Assembly (NCBI GenBank): GCA_963790475.1 | Contig: CAWBOS010000010.1 | Span: 1,824,001 to 1,888,000 of the forward strand | DNA length: 64,000 nucleotides | Source of the DNA: an uncultured delta proteobacterium | GTDB taxonomy: Bacteria > Desulfobacterota > RBG-13-43-22 | Direction of reading: 5' to 3' | In this document: in pieces, positions 61,225 through 64,000 of the stretch | How the letters are laid out: every line of letters begins with the position of its first letter | Numbering within the stretch: the stretch's first letter is position 1 | Position numbers and translations under genes: made by a program | The notes under the pieces: model-generated | Seen by the model: the letters and a program-made list of their open reading frames with translations, nothing else | Databases searched by the model: none | What the model was told of the DNA's origin: nothing

Positions 61225-61283
61225 GTTGAATGGGAGGAGTCCGGCGTACGGGTTATCGCGCCGCCTGGACTCCTTGGTTATGC
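61225..61283 (-). other. attC site
   Basis: GCATAAC CAAGGAGTCCAGGCG ... CGCCGGACTCC TCCC ATTCAAC. Confidence 0.78.
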
Positions 61284-62063
61284 TATCCCGTGCTTTTTTC
61301 GCAGTTTGAAAGCGACAGAGCAGGGACGAGTCCTGCAAAAGTTCAGTTTTTTTTCGTTTTCGGCCAGAAGATACCGGTCTTCAGTGATTGCAGGCTCCTC
61401 AAATTTCACAACTTCAAATCCCAAAGAGATGAAAGCCTTCCAATAGTCCGAAAGAGGACGATGAAACCAGATGAATTCAGAAGTGAAGTGTCCCCAAGGT
61501 GGGTCTATACATTTCCTCTGTTCAAAGTATGGAAATGGCCAATAGTATCGTACTGCTTGCCCATCGGTAGAGACGGTTGCGCGTCCTTGGGGAAAGCAGG
61601 AGTGTGAGAACACGACTACTGCGAACCCGTTTGTCTTGAGGACTCGGTTGAAGGCCTTTATTGCTCCGGTTAAATCGGGTGTGTCCATGAGGACATAGTT
61701 ACCGATCACCATGTCAACCGAACCGTCAGCCACGGTCTTAAGCTCGGAACAGGAATCGACTCGGAACGGGACTTGGAGATTCTTCCCACTTGCGATCTCT
61801 ATCATCTTTTCTGAAAAATCAATGCCGATGACATATGCGCCCCGCTCATGGAGCATCCGGGACAGGTAACCTGTACCGCAACCCACATCAAGCACCTTTA
61901 GGCCGGCGACATCACCGACGAAATCCCAAAGGACTGGATCAGAATTCAAGACCCGGTTGCTGTCTCCTTTATCTCCCACCTGAATGTCCCAATCATACGC
62001 AACTCGATTCCAGAATGCGCGTGTCTCTTCTGTCTCGTCTTTGTTTATTATGATATCTTGCAT
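61278..62063 (-). CDS. Class I SAM-dependent methyltransferase (cassette; ATG within GTTATGC, stop within GCATAAC)
   Basis: VLDVGCGTG, GIDFS, FSHSCF, FHRPLSDY. Confidence 0.9.
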   Translation of the reverse strand: MQDIIINKDETEETRAFWNRVAYDWDIQVGDKGDSNRVLNSDPVLWDFVGDVAGLKVLDVGCGTGYLSRMLHERGAYVIGIDFSEKMIEIASGKNLQVPFRVDSCSELKTVADGSVDMVIGNYVLMDTPDLTGAIKAFNRVLKTNGFAVVVFSHSCFPQGRATVSTDGQAVRYYWPFPYFEQRKCIDPPWGHFTSEFIWFHRPLSDYWKAFISLGFEVVKFEEPAITEDRYLLAENEKKLNFCRTRPCSVAFKLRKKHGIA

Positions 62064-62120
62064 AACGGTACCCATCAAGGGGTATGGCTTTTCAGTGTCG
62101 TCTGCATGGGTTGGTTCGCG
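62060..62120 (-). other. attC site
   Basis: CGCGAAC CAACC CATGCAG ... TTGATG GGTACC GTTATGC. Confidence 0.72.
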
Positions 62121-62664
62121 ATATTCTTCCCACTCTGACTTCAGAAGGCCGTACCCGACAAGATCCTCGTACTTGTCCCATTTCTTGACTTGCTGCCGGG
62201 AGTCCTTCCCTGGTCATACCGAGCTTTTGCATGACTCTACCCGATGCTGGATTTCTGCACAAATGCGATGCATGGATTCGGTTCAGGTTTAGCTCCATGA
62301 AACCGAACTTAAGCACAGAACGGCCTGCCTCCGTGCAGTAACCTTGTCTCCAGTAAGGACGGCCGACCCAGTACCCCAGTTCGGCGCGGTCGAAGCGGCG
62401 TTCGATCACAAGCCCGATGGCGCCGACAAGTTCACCGTCCGCCCTCATCGTAATCGCAAAGTTCACAAGTTCTCCGGCCTCGAATCTCGGTTGATGAGTC
62501 CTGATCCACTGTTCAGCCATGCCCTCTTCATAGGGGTGTGGGATATTGAGTGTCGTGTCGGCGATGGCACGGTCGCCTGCAAGGAGCCGGACGTCGGTGA
62601 CGTCGCTCATCTCGAATGGTCGCAGAATCAGCCGTTCAGTTTTCAAAGTCGGAAGTTGCTTCAT
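62092..62664 (-). CDS. RimJ/RimL-type GNAT acetyltransferase (cassette; C-terminal frameshift near 62200)
   Basis: LKTERLILRPF, AELGYW, NPASGRVMQKLGM. Confidence 0.88.
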   Translation of the reverse strand: MKQLPTLKTERLILRPFEMSDVTDVRLLAGDRAIADTTLNIPHPYEEGMAEQWIRTHQPRFEAGELVNFAITMRADGELVGAIGLVIERRFDRAELGYWVGRPYWRQGYCTEAGRSVLKFGFMELNLNRIHASHLCRNPASGRVMQKLGMTREGLPAASQEMGQVRGSCRVRPSEVRVGRISRTNPCRRH

Positions 62665-62847
62665 GTTTCCTCAGTGAATGTTGTACTTCATCGGTCGCCT
62701 CATTGCCCCGCCGACCAAGTTCTTCCCTTTCATTTCAGCTTAACTGCACCGGCACTGCCACATGGCCCTTTAGCAGAAGGGTCCAAAGATATACTATGCT
62801 CCATTTTTCTTCATTTCGTTCTTGAAAGAATAGAGCACAATCGCATC

Positions 62848-63606
62848 TCATCGCTTACGTAGCAGTACAATCGGCCTTTGGATTGGTTTGGGGCTTGGCA
62901 AGGGGTCATTCAGGTTCCAATTATTCCACCATCCCATGAATTCGAAGTCGGTACAATGTCGTATAAAGAGCAGGAACTCCTGCGGATAGATTAGCCGTTT
63001 TGAATCAGTCCCCGAGTATTTGTTTATTCGTCCGTTATCGGTCACCTCAAGAGTGATCGATTCCTCGTACCGCTGCTCAACCGGTTCGACTATCCGGCCT
63101 TGAACCATTGTTTTGACTTTGATACCCTGCTGCTCTATTTCCCAACTCTCTTCCATGCCTTGCATTGAACTGAAATAAACGCACCAATCGAGCAGGTACA
63201 GGGTGCCGCTTGGCAATACCCTGGCCACAGATTGGAAATGACTCAGGAGGTCGTCTGTTCCTTGAGCATAGAGGGACCCTAAGGCAACAAAGGCAAACTC
63301 GGCCGATCCGGTTAAAGCAAACCGGCACATATCTCCCTTTACGATAGTGGCTTTGTGGGGATCAGTCACTTTTCTTTGACTATAGTTGACCATTTGATCA
63401 TTAAGATCGAGCCCTATATATCGATAGTTTCTGGCCACCAGTTCGGTCATGTGGGGACTATTTCCACAGGCAAGCTCTAAGAAAGTGTGAACGGGGACTT
63501 GGGCATAGCGCTTTATGCACTCCTCGAAAACATTTACCTCGTGGGAAATGTCGCGGAATGAAAAGGCCACTTCATAATACTGCGGGTAATCGTATACTAT
63601 TGACCC
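62848..63606 (-). CDS. Class I SAM-dependent methyltransferase (cassette; start codon damaged or uncertain)
   Basis: Frame extends upstream as GSIVYDYPQYYEVAFSFRD; LELACG, GLDLN, GDM. Confidence 0.82.
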   Translation of the reverse strand, partial: GSIVYDYPQYYEVAFSFRDISHEVNVFEECIKRYAQVPVHTFLELACGNSPHMTELVARNYRYIGLDLNDQMVNYSQRKVTDPHKATIVKGDMCRFALTGSAEFAFVALGSLYAQGTDDLLSHFQSVARVLPSGTLYLLDWCVYFSSMQGMEESWEIEQQGIKVKTMVQGRIVEPVEQRYEESITLEVTDNGRINKYSGTDSKRLIYPQEFLLFIRHCTDFEFMGWWNNWNLNDPLPSPKPIQRPIVLLRKR

Positions 63607-63724
63607 CTATCTATCCCCTTGGGCTGATGATTATCCATTGCGGAGCGGCAGCTCCCGCATAAATGCTTTCTGACCGGCGGTTCACCCCTAACCTTTCTCC
63701 TGCCGGAAAGGCACTATTTTTCCA

Positions 63725-64000
63725 TTACGTCTCGTTTTCCCCCCGTTTTTGCAACAGGCATCTCCAAGCTCTAGGCGGATTCGGTCGATTAGATCCGAAA
63801 TGACTGGAAGTGAGGGAAAGAACCTCAAAATAAGGCTCCACGGCCAAGACTATATCTCCGGCAGTCCGTTGAGGGGGACCAGGACCTTGGCGATGTTCAT
63901 CAGCGTTTCCAACGAGTGTCAGCCAAAGGCCGGCTTCTTCCAAATGGTTGGCAACATTTTGGGCAAACCGGCTTCGATCGTTTTCAGAACTGAATGAATG
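63725..64000 (-). CDS. C-terminus of a probable SAM methyltransferase (partial, runs off window)
   Basis: HSFSSENDRSRFAQNVANHLEEAGLWLTLVGNADE...GPGPPQRT...FEVLSL. Confidence 0.65.
   Translation of the reverse strand, partial: HSFSSENDRSRFAQNVANHLEEAGLWLTLVGNADEHRQGPGPPQRTAGDIVLAVEPYFEVLSLTSSHFGSNRPNPPRAWRCLLQKRGENET

Larger units (their letters stand above)
53060..64000 (-). mobile_element. Integron-type gene cassette array; no integrase within the window; runs off the right edge
   Basis: 13 co-oriented single genes separated by RYYYAAC...GTTRRRY imperfect palindromes; cassette 5' ends match their own R'' boxes in several cases. Confidence 0.88.

Noticed and set aside
62673-62847. Full attC between the RimJ-like and methyltransferase genes
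   Set aside because: Only a partial stem (GGTCG...CGACC) and an ATT-type R' are visible; too degraded to call as a feature.
63622-63692. attI or intact attC
   Set aside because: A hairpin and a CCCTAAC are present, but the box spacing does not fit either site type convincingly.
63749-63997. Plus-strand ORF as a possible divergent integron integrase
   Set aside because: No tyrosine recombinase motifs; the opposite strand encodes a methyltransferase C-terminus.

Overview
64-kb chromosomal window from an anaerobe that is most likely a Desulfobacterota (Deltaproteobacteria) member, judged from the qrcABCD operon. 1-31 kb is mostly core genome: minor pilins and pilD, a yrdC/sua5-like gene, hisC-cmk-rpsA-sppA, ihfB, a large (Alu-type) SRP RNA, pilMNOPQ, qrcABCD split by an IS200-type element, and mnmA-mtaB. 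31.4-50.8 kb is a signalling-rich block. It holds an MFS operon with two paralogous kinase-fold proteins that lack the catalytic Asp (one with a cNMP-binding domain, one with a Zn finger), a divergent FHA/pseudo-receiver/class III cyclase, and a cNMP-domain-phosphofructokinase fusion. It also holds two metallohydrolases, glycogen phosphorylase, an FHA-cNMP-AAA+-FeS membrane protein and a Ser/Thr kinase. 53-64 kb is an integron-type gene-cassette array on the minus strand: 13 genes, mostly SAM methyltransferases and GNATs, with about 13 attC sites or remnants and no integrase inside the window. The array contains an IS1634 inserted at an amber codon and one cassette apparently nested inside another. 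Many single-base frameshifts, including in housekeeping genes, suggest sequencing or assembly indel errors. All calls come from reading motifs by eye; no searches were run.
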